Origin: Antedon mediterranea
Taxonomy: Eukaryota; Animalia; Echinodermata
Length of the DNA stretch: 64,000 nt
NCBI RefSeq assembly: GCF_964355755.1
Contig: NC_092678.1
Coordinates: forward strand, 11,592,352-11,656,351
Direction of reading: 5' to 3'
Positions 1 to 13,057 of the stretch are shown here, in pieces. The notes below the pieces were generated by a model. That model had not been told where the DNA came from and ran no database searches. It saw only the letters and a program-made list of their open reading frames with translations. Numbering within the stretch: the stretch's first letter is position 1; the number at the start of each line of letters is the position of its first letter. The translations under genes and the position numbers were made by a program.

Positions 1-3000
1 GTAGTTTATATTATAGCATCTGATTTTTTTTTTCTAGACCACCAGCCGATACATTCACCTATTTACATTGGTATATTTAATTTCCTCAACAAATTGCTGT
101 AAATAAATATAGATAGAGCTATAATATTAAGAATTGCATATTCCTTCACTCGCAGTGTGATTTTTTCGGGGCTTCTCTACGTACGTTCGCATTGAACTTG
201 AACGCAAAACAAAATACCGAGTGAATGATCAAACAATCGTGGTTCCACACAGCACACGCGCAGCTAACAAACAGCAACAAATGTTCGTCCTTTAAATAGT
301 TCACGTGTGTGATAGGAGAAAAAAAGTATGATCATTTTGCTCATTGGTAGCATGCTGCATGACAGTGTCTTTTCCCGCCAATTAGAGGTGCCTTATCATC
401 AATATGTTATGTGCGAGAGTACCATTAACGGCTATCTAGAATTCGCTTCGCCTCAGGCCCGATCCACCGTCGTGGAGCGGGGTGGTGGTGGCGGTGTCAG
501 TGTCCGAACTCCCCCTTGACAGATCCTGGCTACGGCCCTGAAAACTGGATCGAATTTCATGAGTCATGAGTACTGATTTGTTGACGCCTATGGTATCTAG
601 ACTTATTTTTTTTTTTCGAAAATGTACGTACCTATCAGATACGCTTGTCTTGTGTCGTATAACAAACAAGTACAGTAATAGTTACTGAAGTTACTATTAC
701 AACCTCGTCAATGAAAACACAAATATGTATATGCTTATTCACTTATTAAGAAAACGCATAGGGGTCTACTATAAAGTTTCGTTTGTCTGTAAAATGATGT
801 AATCAAGCTGTTTAATATTACAGGAGAGTAATTAAAAACCAAATTGTAGTTGGAGAAAAGAAACTACGAAGAAGCATGACAGCCATTGGAGTTGGTGTTT
901 GCCTTCCAATCCCAAGGTTCGGGGTTCAATCTTGACTTACTGCCATATATGGTTATAACTCGCACTCTTTCAACTGCACTCCCTGTGATTCTTCATTTCT
1001 AATCTAACCATTTGTCGAAATAATGCGCCCTTTATTTAAACGTATATTAAATCTATCAAAGATAGTACTTTTTTAAAAGAAAATCGGCCTGTTTTCAACA
1101 TATGCTGTACTCGAGCTGTTCAATCCTCGTATTATTGTATTATTGGACATCCATTAGACAGTGTATACCACGATCGGAAAACACTTTATTTGAGGCAAAT
1201 CGTTGAACCTAAATTCGTCAATAACTATTATCTATCTCAATTTAATTAGTAAACTGGGTTATATCAGGTGGTTAAAATCAGTACCCAAATTATACGAATT
1301 ATTATTATTTTTTCTCTTTCGTGTGGTTAACCACCACCTTTATTCATTGAATGTCATAATTTTCACGCTGCTGCTCTAGCCCGCTACGTCACACGAGATG
1401 ACTCATTTATTAGATGAAATCAAGCAGCAGTTATAGTAGGCCTACTACACTTTGACATTTTTGCTAAAATGGAAACTCGACTATAATTTATAGGTACCAG
1501 CTGCATTTCTGGTATTTATGAGTCCCATGACAATACTGTATTTCGCTGTCAGATAATCATTGAATTATTATCAAAACAGTCCATGAAAGTTTTTGTTTGT
1601 AATATGATACTTCACACTTGGCGTGATGAAGTGACCCCCAGACTTGACCTTAGCAATAAAGTAAACTAAATTGAGTCTGTTTCATATCAAAGTTATTCAC
1701 TTCTGTAACAAAATTCACATTATAAAAGAGAAAAGAAACGTTTCATTATAACTCAAAAACCATTGTCTGACAGACAATTGAAATATTTTTTGCTTTTAAT
1801 TACATTTTTTTCAGGTAAAATAACTTTTATGTGACAATAAAATGACACATTCAAAAACAAATTTGAAATAAAAAATATTTTTCAGAGGGACAATATATCT
1901 TTAAAACTGTTACGTCAATAAGCGAGCAGCGTTTTTTGTAAGAAATATTTCTTGTTCTACCTCTTCTTTCCATAAAATACTCTGTTTCTGTATCTTCTTT
2001 AATATATCATACTTCTACTACTATCAACATTACTGAACCTTATTTAAGTTCAATCATATATCCTATTCTGTCTATCACATTACAGAAATGTTAACAAATT
2101 ATAATCAAATAAATAGACACAGTGATGTATGTACTCAACTACAATTAGCGCCCTGGGAATTACTTCCGAAGGGAACCTGTCGCAAAATGAGACCAATTGT
2201 TTGAATCAAATTTAAACAAACTTTGTGTTTTGTATGTAACATTAGGGTTGAGGGATGGGGAAGAGGATGGATGCAAAAGAGGAACACTTTTTAAATATAT
2301 TCTTTATCCATTTAGTAAAGAAGTATTAATTGTTTTATGTTTTACAAATAATATACTGTACCACTAAACACAGTAAAACATTGCAATTTAATACTTTGTT
2401 GAAACTGTCACCGTTATAGTCGATTGAAACAGTAAAGTACATGTACGTAACGATACATCACTACGACGTTTATCTTTTTTGTAATTACAATATTAATTAA
2501 TACAACGTTAAGAAGCAACTGTCAGTGATAAAGTGTATTTGTATATGTTTATATAGGCTAATGTAAAAAAAATGTGTGAAAACCACCTATTCGGACAAAA
2601 TCGTAAATTCGGTTTAATCATCAATAAATAATTATCTAACTCAACTTAATTAGTAGGCCTGATGGTTTTCAATTGTTTTTAGAGCCAATTCATACTTAAG
2701 TTGGTTCCTCCCACCAAAGTTGTTCTGCGTTTACCGCTAGGTGTGGATCTAGGATTTTGATAAAGAGGGGGCGGATATGAGATAATAATGGGGGGGGGGG
2801 GGGGCATGCTCCGCCGGAAAACATTTGTTCTAGACGCCCGGAGATAGCATCGCAGGCGTTTTGCCCAGTCGATTCTTGTCATATAATTATCTGAATATAG
2901 TGGGGTTTACAGACCATATTTAATATACGGAACTGGTTTTTTTTTGTGGGGGGGGGGGGGGGGGCAATAGCCTAAGCCTGTTTTTCCATGCGCTTTTCAC

Positions 3001-3678
3001 ACATTTTTACACGATCGTAATGATTTCTTGGTTCTTTCGACGTTCCGCCCGAACCGGTCTATTCGAAGCAGGGAACCAAGCAAACAAGACGGAAGATACC
3101 GATTATATATATTGACTTGGACTTGCTCATTTACATTGTGTGTGATTTAGGACAAGCGGGACTGTTAAGGTAAGCCTAGTAGCTTTAATTATCAGGCCAT
3201 TCCAGCACCAACCTAAAATCACAATTGCAAAAGGTCCACATTTTATAGGGACTTAAAATAAATAAGTATTCAATATTATGAAAATTGTCCAAAATATCAT
3301 ATTAATCCCCACCCACCCAAATAAAATCCTGCGTACGGCCCTGATTATAATAGGCCTATATCTTGACTTATAAGGGTTACTATTAGAAGAAGGGTTACTA
3401 TTAGAGCGTGGGTTACTATTAGATATAGGCCTACGTAATGGATTCGCTAATTTATTCAACTCCGCATTTAGAAAATAAAAGATGTGAATACCCCTAAAAA
3501 GCGCACCTTGAATCCCAGTGGTTTTAACATATAAGCCTACCACTAAAGTTTCTGGTGCCTAATTATGATTCCAACAGGGAAACTAAATTCTGGAAAAAAA
3601 TATTATGTCTACTAAAAATCACAATGGATTATTAAAACATCCATGATTAAAAGAACTGAACGTTCCATTCAGCTCGCG

Positions 3679-3965
3679 CCAATGAATGACATCAAATTCC
3701 AAGTAAGGAACCGCAGAGAAAATTACCCACATGATGCGCGTCATCACGTTTTACAATTCACCTATTCACGTGAAAAATAATCTATAAGCTGACGTCACAC
3801 AACTACCTACGTCAGCAGATCGCTATTATTAGGTGTTTTCGTTTTTACTTCCGGCTGCGATGATGACACACTCTTTACTGAAGCTAGCGACATAGCACAG
3901 TCAACCACTGGAAATACAGTGTTTAACACATACAGGAGCTGGTCTCCAGAAGTAACACTCTTCCG
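3679..3965 (+). promoter_or_regulatory. Putative ELK promoter and first non-coding exon
   Basis: Clustered CCAAT (3679), CArG-like CCAAGTAAGG (3699-3708), E-box CACGTG (3767-3772), full CRE TGACGTCA (3790-3797) and ETS site ACTTCCGG (3847-3854), followed by a strong donor CCG|GTAAGC at 3966. TSS not determined. Confidence 0.5.
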
Positions 3966-5249
3966 GTAAGCATATTCTTCTTTTTCTTATTTCTATAATT
4001 TCCACCGGAATCACGACGGAACCAATTAGTGACTTAATGAATACTGTGGTTGGTACCAATTTCTAATACCAATAATAAAGTAAGATATTGGCAAAACGAC
4101 AACGTCGATTCGAGTGCTTTAAAACGGTTACAACAGTGCATTGCGTTAAATCTAAATAACTATAATTATTATCAATTTATCTTAGATGATTCCAATGTCT
4201 AATGATATTATGTTCTGTTGTGTATGGTGATAGATATATAATATTAACTAGCTATAACTACTACTAGTCTACACACACTTAGTGTACACTATATATTATT
4301 TTGTTAAAAGTTATTTTATAAAATGTTTGTTAAATAAATATTAGTCCGAATAGGCAATACTACTGTACCATTTTAAACAGTAGTGACCTTACTTAGTACA
4401 TACAGTACAAAAATACGAACAATTGCCGTCTCGAACTTCTTTCTTTGTATGTATGATCACTGACCGAGTAACCGTGTTGGATTGATTGTAGTTTCAAATT
4501 ACATTTCCTGTTGATTTATTATGCAACGGAACACTAAACTGTAAACGGCACAATAGTTACGTAAAATCATAATTATAGGTCTATGGTAAAATCACGTAAA
4601 ATCATTTAATAAAAAGAACTCAAATCATGCCATGCTTTAACACATATTGAACTTAAGAATTAAACTTGGAAGTCGAATAATTATTTGGCTATGTACCGTG
4701 CGTACCGATCACGAGCGGATGCTTGCGGCGCCCACGTTTATTAGTCATTGGATGGCCTATTCCATTATCGAATAATACTGCCGATAAAGTGTACGCAGTT
4801 TGTGTGATGAGACTAAACACACATTATACTTTGAAAAAAAAACAACATATAACAATTCTTTAAGAGTTTAGCCTGTTATTTTCATACACAAAAGCTACAA
4901 TTGAAAAGATGCCGATTTTAATATATAATTTAATTTAAAAACTAACTAAGTGATGTACCGGATGTGTTTAAGCATATGCTTTGAGAGATAAACTGAAGTT
5001 GAAGGATATTCGTCCATTGCGTCATTATAACCCTCCCTGGGGACACTAACTACTACAGTATGTTTTCATATGTACATTGGCATAGGTATAACCATTCTTT
5101 TAGTTGATAATTGATTCACTATTTACTTAGTTTACCATAAATTAAATAAACTTTGCAATCTATTTCATTAGCCAAATACAATTATTAGTGTTCATATTTT
5201 TTTCTTTACAGATATTTTGTTTTCATCATAATACTTACCTTAACTTCAA

Positions 5250-5313
5250 ATGGATACTGAGGTGACGTCATCCTACATGCCGACACACGCCGTGTCACAG
5301 CAAAGTAATACAG
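5250..5313 (+). CDS. ELK: ELK upstream coding exon (MDTEVTSSYMPTHAVSQQSNT, phase 1)
   Basis: Acceptor tttctttacAG at 5210-5211, ATG at 5250, donor CAG|GTTAGT at 5314. The 64 nt (21 codons + G) join CT at 5863 to give GCT and stay in frame with the ETS exon. Confidence 0.6.
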
Positions 5314-5862
5314 GTTAGTATATGCAGGGTTTCTTTGGAATTTCAATAGCAAACCAAATATAAAATAGCAATTCAAATTATGTAAAATATGAGAAAAAAG
5401 TTAACCTATACAATCAATTGAATTACAGAAAGCAAGCTAAACCCAAAAAAAGAAGTACATGAAAGAAACATGAAAACAGTCAGTGGATATCAAAATGTGA
5501 AAATGACGTTCGCGCCGAAACAAAAAAGTAAGCAAGCCTAGTGATACAGTAATGCTTGTCGTTATTAAAACTTGTAAATATTCGTTCACAAACAGTCATG
5601 AGAACATGGTTCCAATTTTTCCCCATCAGTGTATACAGATTGTATAGTATATTTCCTGTTTGTAATTATAACGGAAGTTGCTGTTGGGCTCGATTGACTA
5701 CGCATTTGTTAATGTTTCTCTTTACACACAAAGCACTACAATAGTTGTTTTTATATTTTACAAGGAACTACTTTTATTTAAATACTGAAAGCTTGCAAAA
5801 TTTGATAATTACGATTTTTTAAGGTTAAAATAAGCTTAAATATTTGTTTAATTTCTTTCCAG

Positions 5863-6884
5863 CTATGGACACCAACGTTACATTATGGCAATTTCTGTTA
5901 GAACTGTTGATGGATCAACACAACGGGACACTTATAACGTGGACGGGTGTAGAAGGAGAATTTAAGCTTCTTAATGCAGAAGAAGTAGCACGCCAATGGG
6001 GACTTAAAAAGAATAAGAATAACATGAATTACGACAAACTAAGCCGTGCGCTCCGATATTACTACGACAAAAATATTATTAAGAAAGTTATGGGCCAAAA
6101 GTTTGTATATAAGTTTGTGTCATTTCCAGAAATCGTGAAAACAGAAAACAAAATTCCATTCAAGGTGAAAATGGAAAGTCTAGACATGCACGCAAAGCCA
6201 CAAAGGACATCAGCTGACCGTTTACATAACAGAAAAAGCGATTCTGTTCGACCATCTCAGGTCAGGGAAATGAAATCTACATTTAGTGAACAAAAAACGT
6301 CGACCACAGCTCCACTAACCACCTCGGATACTACACAAATGGCCTGGACAACAAGCACTTTGCCAACATTTAAAGTAAATGACGCTCAGAACTCTGTCGT
6401 ATACAGTCCAACACCAGTCAGCTTAGCACTCCGTAGTGGATACACATCAGAAGCAAAAATGAGCAATGAACCTACGTTAGTGAACAGCTCTGGTAGACCC
6501 ATGACTTGTACTGGTAGTCTAGCTACAACTATGACAACATATGCATCAAGAATTAAACCCACACCAATTCAGCTGTCTGTTGATTCGCCGTCGTATTCTG
6601 GCATGTATCTCAGTACCCCAGTTACCTCGTATCCTGGTGTAACTCAAGCTGCTGGAACACCAATCATGATTGCTAGCCCACTTCTTAGCCAGAACGGTAC
6701 CCCTCTTTTGCCTCTCAGCTTCTGGAATACTTTAAGTCCCATGACTTTAAGTCCATCCATGAGTACATTGAATACATTCCAATTTCCCACTGTCATTAAT
6801 GGTCATCATGTGCTCCCCATGCAACCTCTTACGCCCACCGTACTGCTCTCTCCGAGCACAACAAAACCAATCATTGTTTCTTAA
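5863..6884 (+). CDS. ELK: ETS-domain transcription factor, ELK1/ELK3/ELK4 (TCF) subfamily, main coding exon (ATG at 5865)
   Basis: N-terminal ETS domain ([11 protein letters not shown]...[32 protein letters not shown]), D-domain-like [10 protein letters not shown]-box-like [14 protein letters not shown] and ERK docking motif FQFP. Acceptor tttctttccAG at 5861-5862. Confidence 0.95.
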
Positions 6885-7781
6885 TTATGATTGGTGACCT
6901 ACAAACCACTGGTCGTTTGCGCAAATCGTTGCTTAACCATGTTTCGTTGTATGCAGGCTATTCGGATATGTGCATGTTGCTTGTTGATCAAGTTGCTTGT
7001 CCGTTGCATTTCTACGAGGGCATCTTGGTAGTGTTCTTCCTAATTTCATATTAAACAAGAGTTTGTTACATGGTTTGATACCAGAAGTGTACATAGTTAT
7101 GTGTATTAATTTATTTTTTGTTGTAAATTATTTGCTTTTTGTTTCACTGTTGACAATGGAATTTGCATGTCTGTAAGTTACAATAGTTGTAAATATTTTG
7201 TGATGACCAGATGTTTACAATATATTAATTAATTGGAATTGTTTACATTAAATGCATGTTACGACTCTAAACAGCGTCAGTATAAATGAGATCGGGTATT
7301 TTTCCTAAGAGACAAATTCACTATAACGAAATATATTAATTAAATAATGAAATACATTAGTAGTTGCTATATTTAGGAAAAATAAAATCGCTGGACGAAG
7401 TATTAATTAATTTAAATTAAATAAGTATTATACATTTATACAAGTCGCAGGGCGAAGATATTTTTGTACTGAAAACAACTTTAATGAATTTGACCATTGC
7501 TACAAAAGGTCTTCAATATTAGTATGTCATTCCATTTTAAAAACCACCTGGATAATAATTTAACTAAACAATCTTACTGAGTTAGGTTGGTAGTTTGGTT
7601 AAGAATATTATTTAACGGTCAATTAATTTCTCTCTATTAAGACATCTCATGTTTTCATAATAAATCAAATATATTTTACTAAAATTGTAACCCGTGCTGG
7701 TCACGCATTTTGTATTAAAGTCATGTTTACTGTAAAGATAGCATTTTCTATGCAAAACGCAGTGGAAACAAGAAAAACGTG

Positions 7782-7787
7782 AATAAA
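7782..7787 (+). terminator. Candidate ELK polyadenylation signal
   Basis: AATAAA followed about 20 nt later by a T/GT-rich tract (ctttgtttttgactttc), giving a ~0.9 kb AU-rich 3' UTR. Confidence 0.5.
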
Positions 7788-8388
7788 ATTCTATATGCTT
7801 ACAAAACTTTGTTTTTGACTTTCAATGTTGAGGAAATTTGGCGACATGATTTATTTGGATTTACTAAAGCAAATGAACAAACTGGGAGAAATAAAAGGAG
7901 TTCCACCTACTGTATCTGGAAGGAAAACTTAACCTCTCTGATTTCAAAAATAAAAACAAGGAATATGTGTGAATTGTGCAAAAACATCAGATTGTAGATG
8001 ATGACGTGGCTGGTAGTAGTAATATGGATATTTTTTAGAAACAAATTATTGAAATATGATTTAAATTTAAATCATTTTCAACAATTCAAAGTTGCCAGTA
8101 ACCGTACCATGTACAGTTGTATTGTATTACTATGAAGGGATTACTCCATGGTATCAAAGGACACAAATAGAAAACAAATAAGCGTCCATTTTGTAACCGA
8201 CGTGATTTGTGGCCTAGATACGTGTACGATCACAGTCGATGCACGTGCATTTATGCCGAGAAATAGTCTAAATACATTTAGGCAGGATCATATCTAAATC
8301 TAATGACATTTTTGTAGTAACAAAATCAGGACTCAAATTAACGCTTAATAATAGGTCGTAGCCAGTGGGTTTTATGGTTGCTTTTACA

Positions 8389-8862
8389 GCAAACCCCACC
8401 CCACGACATTCCCAACCCCACCCCACGACATTCCCAACCCAACCCCACGACATTCCCAACCCCACCCCACGACATTCCCAACCCCACCCCACGACATTCC
8501 CAACCCAACCCCACGACATTCCCAACCCCACCCCACGACATTCCCAACCCCACCCCACGACATTCCCAACCCCACCCCACGACATTCCCAAGAGCAAACC
8601 CCACCCCACAACATTCCCAACCCCACCCACCGACATTCCCAACCCCACCCCACGACATTCCCAAGAGCAAACCCCACCCCACGACATTCCCAAGAGCAAA
8701 CCCCACCCCACGACATTCCCAACCCCACCCCACGACATTCCCAACCCCACCCCACGACATTCCCAACCCCACCCCACGACATTCCCAAGAGCAAACCCAC
8801 GACATTCCCAACCCAACCCCACGACATTCCCAAGAGCAAACCCCACCCCACGACATTCCCAA
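8389..8862. repeat. C-rich minisatellite, 22-bp unit CCCAACCCCACCCCACGACATT with AGAGCAA-containing variants
   Basis: About 20 tandem units seen directly; they explain the overlapping repetitive ORFs at 8268-8986. Confidence 0.95.
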
Positions 8863-9778
8863 AAAACCATTTCGTGAAAATCCACATGACATTGTAGTAG
8901 GTATTTTGGTTCGACAGTCCGGCGCTCATGTGCAGTATACCTCATACGCGCGTTGTCAGATTAAGTTGCACGTGTTTATCAAATGAGAGACACACATAGA
9001 AGACCAATTCAATAACCAAAATGTTAAATGATAATAATAGATTAACAAAAGAATTAACAATAGAATACAGTGTCACGCCTAAATTGAACCCAATTAAAGA
9101 AATACAGACGTATAATATTAGCAACTAAATGTATTTATTTTTTTTACCAATTACAATCTAAATCATACATAAGCCTATAAACATATATGTCTATATTGGT
9201 CTACTACAAATGGTGGTCAGACAGTTACGTATTGGTACCAACTTCAGCCCAACGGGCAGTAATCTGTATTATTGCTGAGGTGTGAGGTGTGTTTACTACA
9301 TTCCTCAGCAAATCTTATATACTTTTATGCAAATTACCCTTTTCGATTAACCTTAAATGCCCGTCACTTAGAACTGTGACATACAGTATATAGAATTAAC
9401 TTTTTTATATAACATCTTGTTCTCTGTTTTATGTGATTTTATTCTTTTTTTACTGTTTGTGCGACAATGTTTTTAGACAATTTTAATGTGTGTACTTTCA
9501 GCCAAAGTTTCAAGCCATTTTTTAGTTTGACAATAAAGTTTATTGAATTGAATTGAATTGAATTGAATTAATATTTGCGTTAATTGATTATAATATTAGC
9601 GTTAGCGTAAGTACCTTTATTGACGTCCGCATTAATTGAACGCAAACAATTGTATTCTATATTGTTATCATTACGGTATATTGTTATCATTACGGTATAT
9701 TATTGTTAGACCATGGAGTTGTAGTGGTTAGACATAGTTGTTTCATTTCATTTATTTATTTGACCAACAAACCATAAT

Positions 9779-12700
9779 TAGTGGAGTCTGTTAGGGATAT
9801 TTTGGTTCACTTTTTTCCAAAAGCATCAAATTTGGTATACAGGTTGCCCACCCTATACAAATTAAATTTTTGATGGGCGCCAAGCAAAATGACCCCTTGG
9901 GTCACCTAATTTGCATAATTTTAAATGGCGGACATTTTCGCTTAAACAGTCTATATCTCTGAAACTACTGGTCATAGAGAGTTGATTTTTAGCTCAAAAT
10001 GTTCAGAACATAAACATTCCTATTTACTCTAATGAAGTATTTTTGAAAAAAATGACCGGAAGTACCAGTTTTAACCTTTGACCCATATTTTAAGGAATTG
10101 CCATATCTCAGTAAATAGTTGTCACAGACAGTTTATTTAAGTGTCAAATTGTTCAGAATATATATGTTACTATTTAGTTTAATGAAACATTTTATCCAAA
10201 AATGACCGGAAGTACTCAGTTTTGCCTTTGACCGTTACGGTGTAATTACCAACCTTGTTACGGTTAATATATTTTGATATCCATAAAACTACTTGTCATA
10301 GAGAGTTAATGTTGGTGTCAAAATGTTCAGAACATAAACATTTCTATTTACTATAATAAAGTTTTTTCTCAAATAATGACCAGAAATACCATATTTGACC
10401 TTTGACCTGTTTTTTCAGGCAAATTGCTATATCTCATTATTGGGTTGGCGTGGAAAGTTCATTTTGGTGTCAGATTGTTCAGAATATATATGTTACTATT
10501 ATGTTTAATAGAAGATTTTTCCAAAAAATGTCAGGAAGTACAGTTGACCTGTTACATACATAAAATTATAAATTTGTTCAAGTTATGTATATTTATATTA
10601 TTTTGCAATCCACTTTTGAGCACTTGTCGAAGATGGCTACTGAATGAAGTTGAATATAGTCCTATTTGTAGTGAGTCTAGAGTAACGCAAATGAGAGAAA
10701 ATTGTATAGACAAAAAATACCCAATCTCATTCTCATCTAATCGAGTACTTAAATGAAGTCTTCTACACATTTAGCAATAATGTTTACTGATGAAATCTAT
10801 TCAAGTTTTGTTTTGGAAAGTTAGTGTTTCCATCACTTGTGTTTGTTTGGTTGTTACATTCAGGGTAATTGTCCTATATTGCATTGCTTCGCTGAGTATC
10901 TTTCTTTAAAGGGCCTTCAAACTGGGGTATAACCTACTAATTAAAAGGATGGACATTTTCGGAATGCACAATATAAAAACTAGACTACTGTTGCCATATC
11001 ACGAACCACAACTGAAATATATTTTTTTTCCACCAGACCTAAAGTAATCCTTGGTCCGCCAAACTTGGCAGAATTCTCGAATTTTAATTTTTTTAAATTT
11101 GGCCATCATCTGGACACGATTTGGGTATTACAGTTTTGTTACTTATGACATTACGCCTTAGTATCACCTTTTTCATTGTTGCCTTTTTACTTGATTTTTG
11201 GTTGATTAGTAAATGTTAAATTGTTGTTATATTGGAATTGGTAACAACTCTTGGCTTGTGTAACATAATGTATTGATGAGCTGTTTTAACCTCATTAACA
11301 GATTTACTTTTATTACTTTCATTTCTTTTATGTACATTTTCAAAGTATTGAATGATGTGTCCTTTCTCATATCGAGTATTTGGAAAATAATGGCTTATTC
11401 AAACTTCTTTAGCAATCCTTGAACAGTCTGGTTGGTTCAGTCACCATAAGCACATGTATGGTAATTGTAATATTTTCAGTGTTCTCGTAAAGACGAAATG
11501 CCCCATCATGTTCTGAGCTTGAGTATGATATTGTTTCTTAGAAATGAGGCTAAACCTTTTTGTTGATTTTTGCACAACATTTCCATTCATAAAATTTGCA
11601 TTGTTCACATAGTCAAGGACATGCAATACAGAGTTCATTTTAAGTTTGAAAAAAGGGCAATATATGAAAAAGAGGATACTAGAGCGTAACATGTCATTGT
11701 AACAAAACTGTTCCTATTCATCCAATCTCTTCTAGATGATTACTGTATATGGTCGGTTTCTTCTTTTTTTTTTATTTGAAAATCGTTGAGAACCACCAAG
11801 CTGGACGGTTCTTGGATGACTTAGGTCTGGAGGACAGAAATCTTCGGTGTCTTTTCCCCATTCAGTGGTTGTTCGTGTTATGGCAACAAAGAGAAATGTA
11901 GCAACATGAAATTGTTATGCAACAGCAAGCACAAGTGACGGAAACACTAACTTTCCAAAACAAAACTTTTTCTGGATTTCATCAGTAGGCCTACACATTA
12001 TTGCTAAATATGTGGAAGACTTCATTTAAGTACTCGATTAGATGAGATTGGGTATTTTTTGTATATACAATTTTCTCATTTCTCATTTACATTACTCTAG
12101 ACTCACTACAAATAGGACAATCTATTCAATTTTGTTCAGTATACTTTGTTCAATTGCACATGCAAGCAGCCATCTTCGACAAGTGCTCAAAAGTGGGTTG
12201 CAAAATAATATCATAAATATACAGTTAACTATACAATTAACTGAACAAATTTATAAATTTTATGTATTTAACAAGTCAATAACTATACTTCCTGAAATTT
12301 TTTTGAAAAATCTTCTATTAAGCAGAATAGAAACATATATATTCTGAACAATCTGACACCAAAATGAACTTTCCACTCCAACCCAATAATGAGATATGGC
12401 AATTTGCCTGAAAAAACAGGTCAAAGGTCAAATATGGTATTTCTGGTCATTATTTGAGAAAAAACTTTATTATAGTAAATAGAAATGTTTATGTTCTGAA
12501 CATTTTGACACCAAAATTAACTCTCTATGACAAGTAGTTTTATGGATATCAAAATGTATTAACCGTAACAAGGTTGGTAATTACACCGTAACGGTCAAAG
12601 GCAAAACTGAGTACTTCCGGTCATTTTTGGATAAAATGTTTCATTAAATTAAATAGTAACATATATATTCTGAACAATTTGACACTTAAATAAACTGTCT

Positions 12701-13057
12701 GTGACAACTATTTACTGAGATATGGCAATGCCTTAAAATATGGGTCAAAGGTTAAAACTGGTACTTCCGGTCATTTTTTTCAAAAATACTTCATTAGAGT
12801 AAATAGGAATGTTTATGTTCTGAACATTTTGGGCTAAAAATCAACTCCCTGTGATCAATATTTTTAGAGATATAGACTGTTTAAGCGAATATGTCCGCCA
12901 TTTTAAATTATGCAAATTAGGTGACCCAAGGGGTCATTTTGCTTGGCGCCCATCAAAAATTGAATTTGTATAGTGTAGGCAACCTGTATACCAAATTTGG
13001 TGCTTTTGGAAGAAACTGAACCAAACACCCTTATTTCAGCCCTAACAGACTCCACTA
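9779..13057. mobile_element. Non-autonomous foldback DNA transposon, Academ-like
   Basis: Termini TAGTGGAGTCTGTTAGGG ... CCCTAACAGACTCCACTA, flanked by direct AAT at 9776-9778 and 13058-13060. Inverted arms ~9779-10850 and ~11925-13057, with decayed extension to ~11110/11730. TAG...CTA ends, a 3-bp TSD and long TIRs fit Academ; a TA-TSD reading is also possible. Confidence 0.85.

Noticed and set aside
5844-5862. TTG-initiated MFNFFPA N-terminus of ELK
   Set aside because: This is the intron polypyrimidine tract and AG acceptor.
8268-8986. Five overlapping 170-225 aa ORFs
   Set aside because: Artefacts of the stop-free 22-bp repeat, open on both strands.
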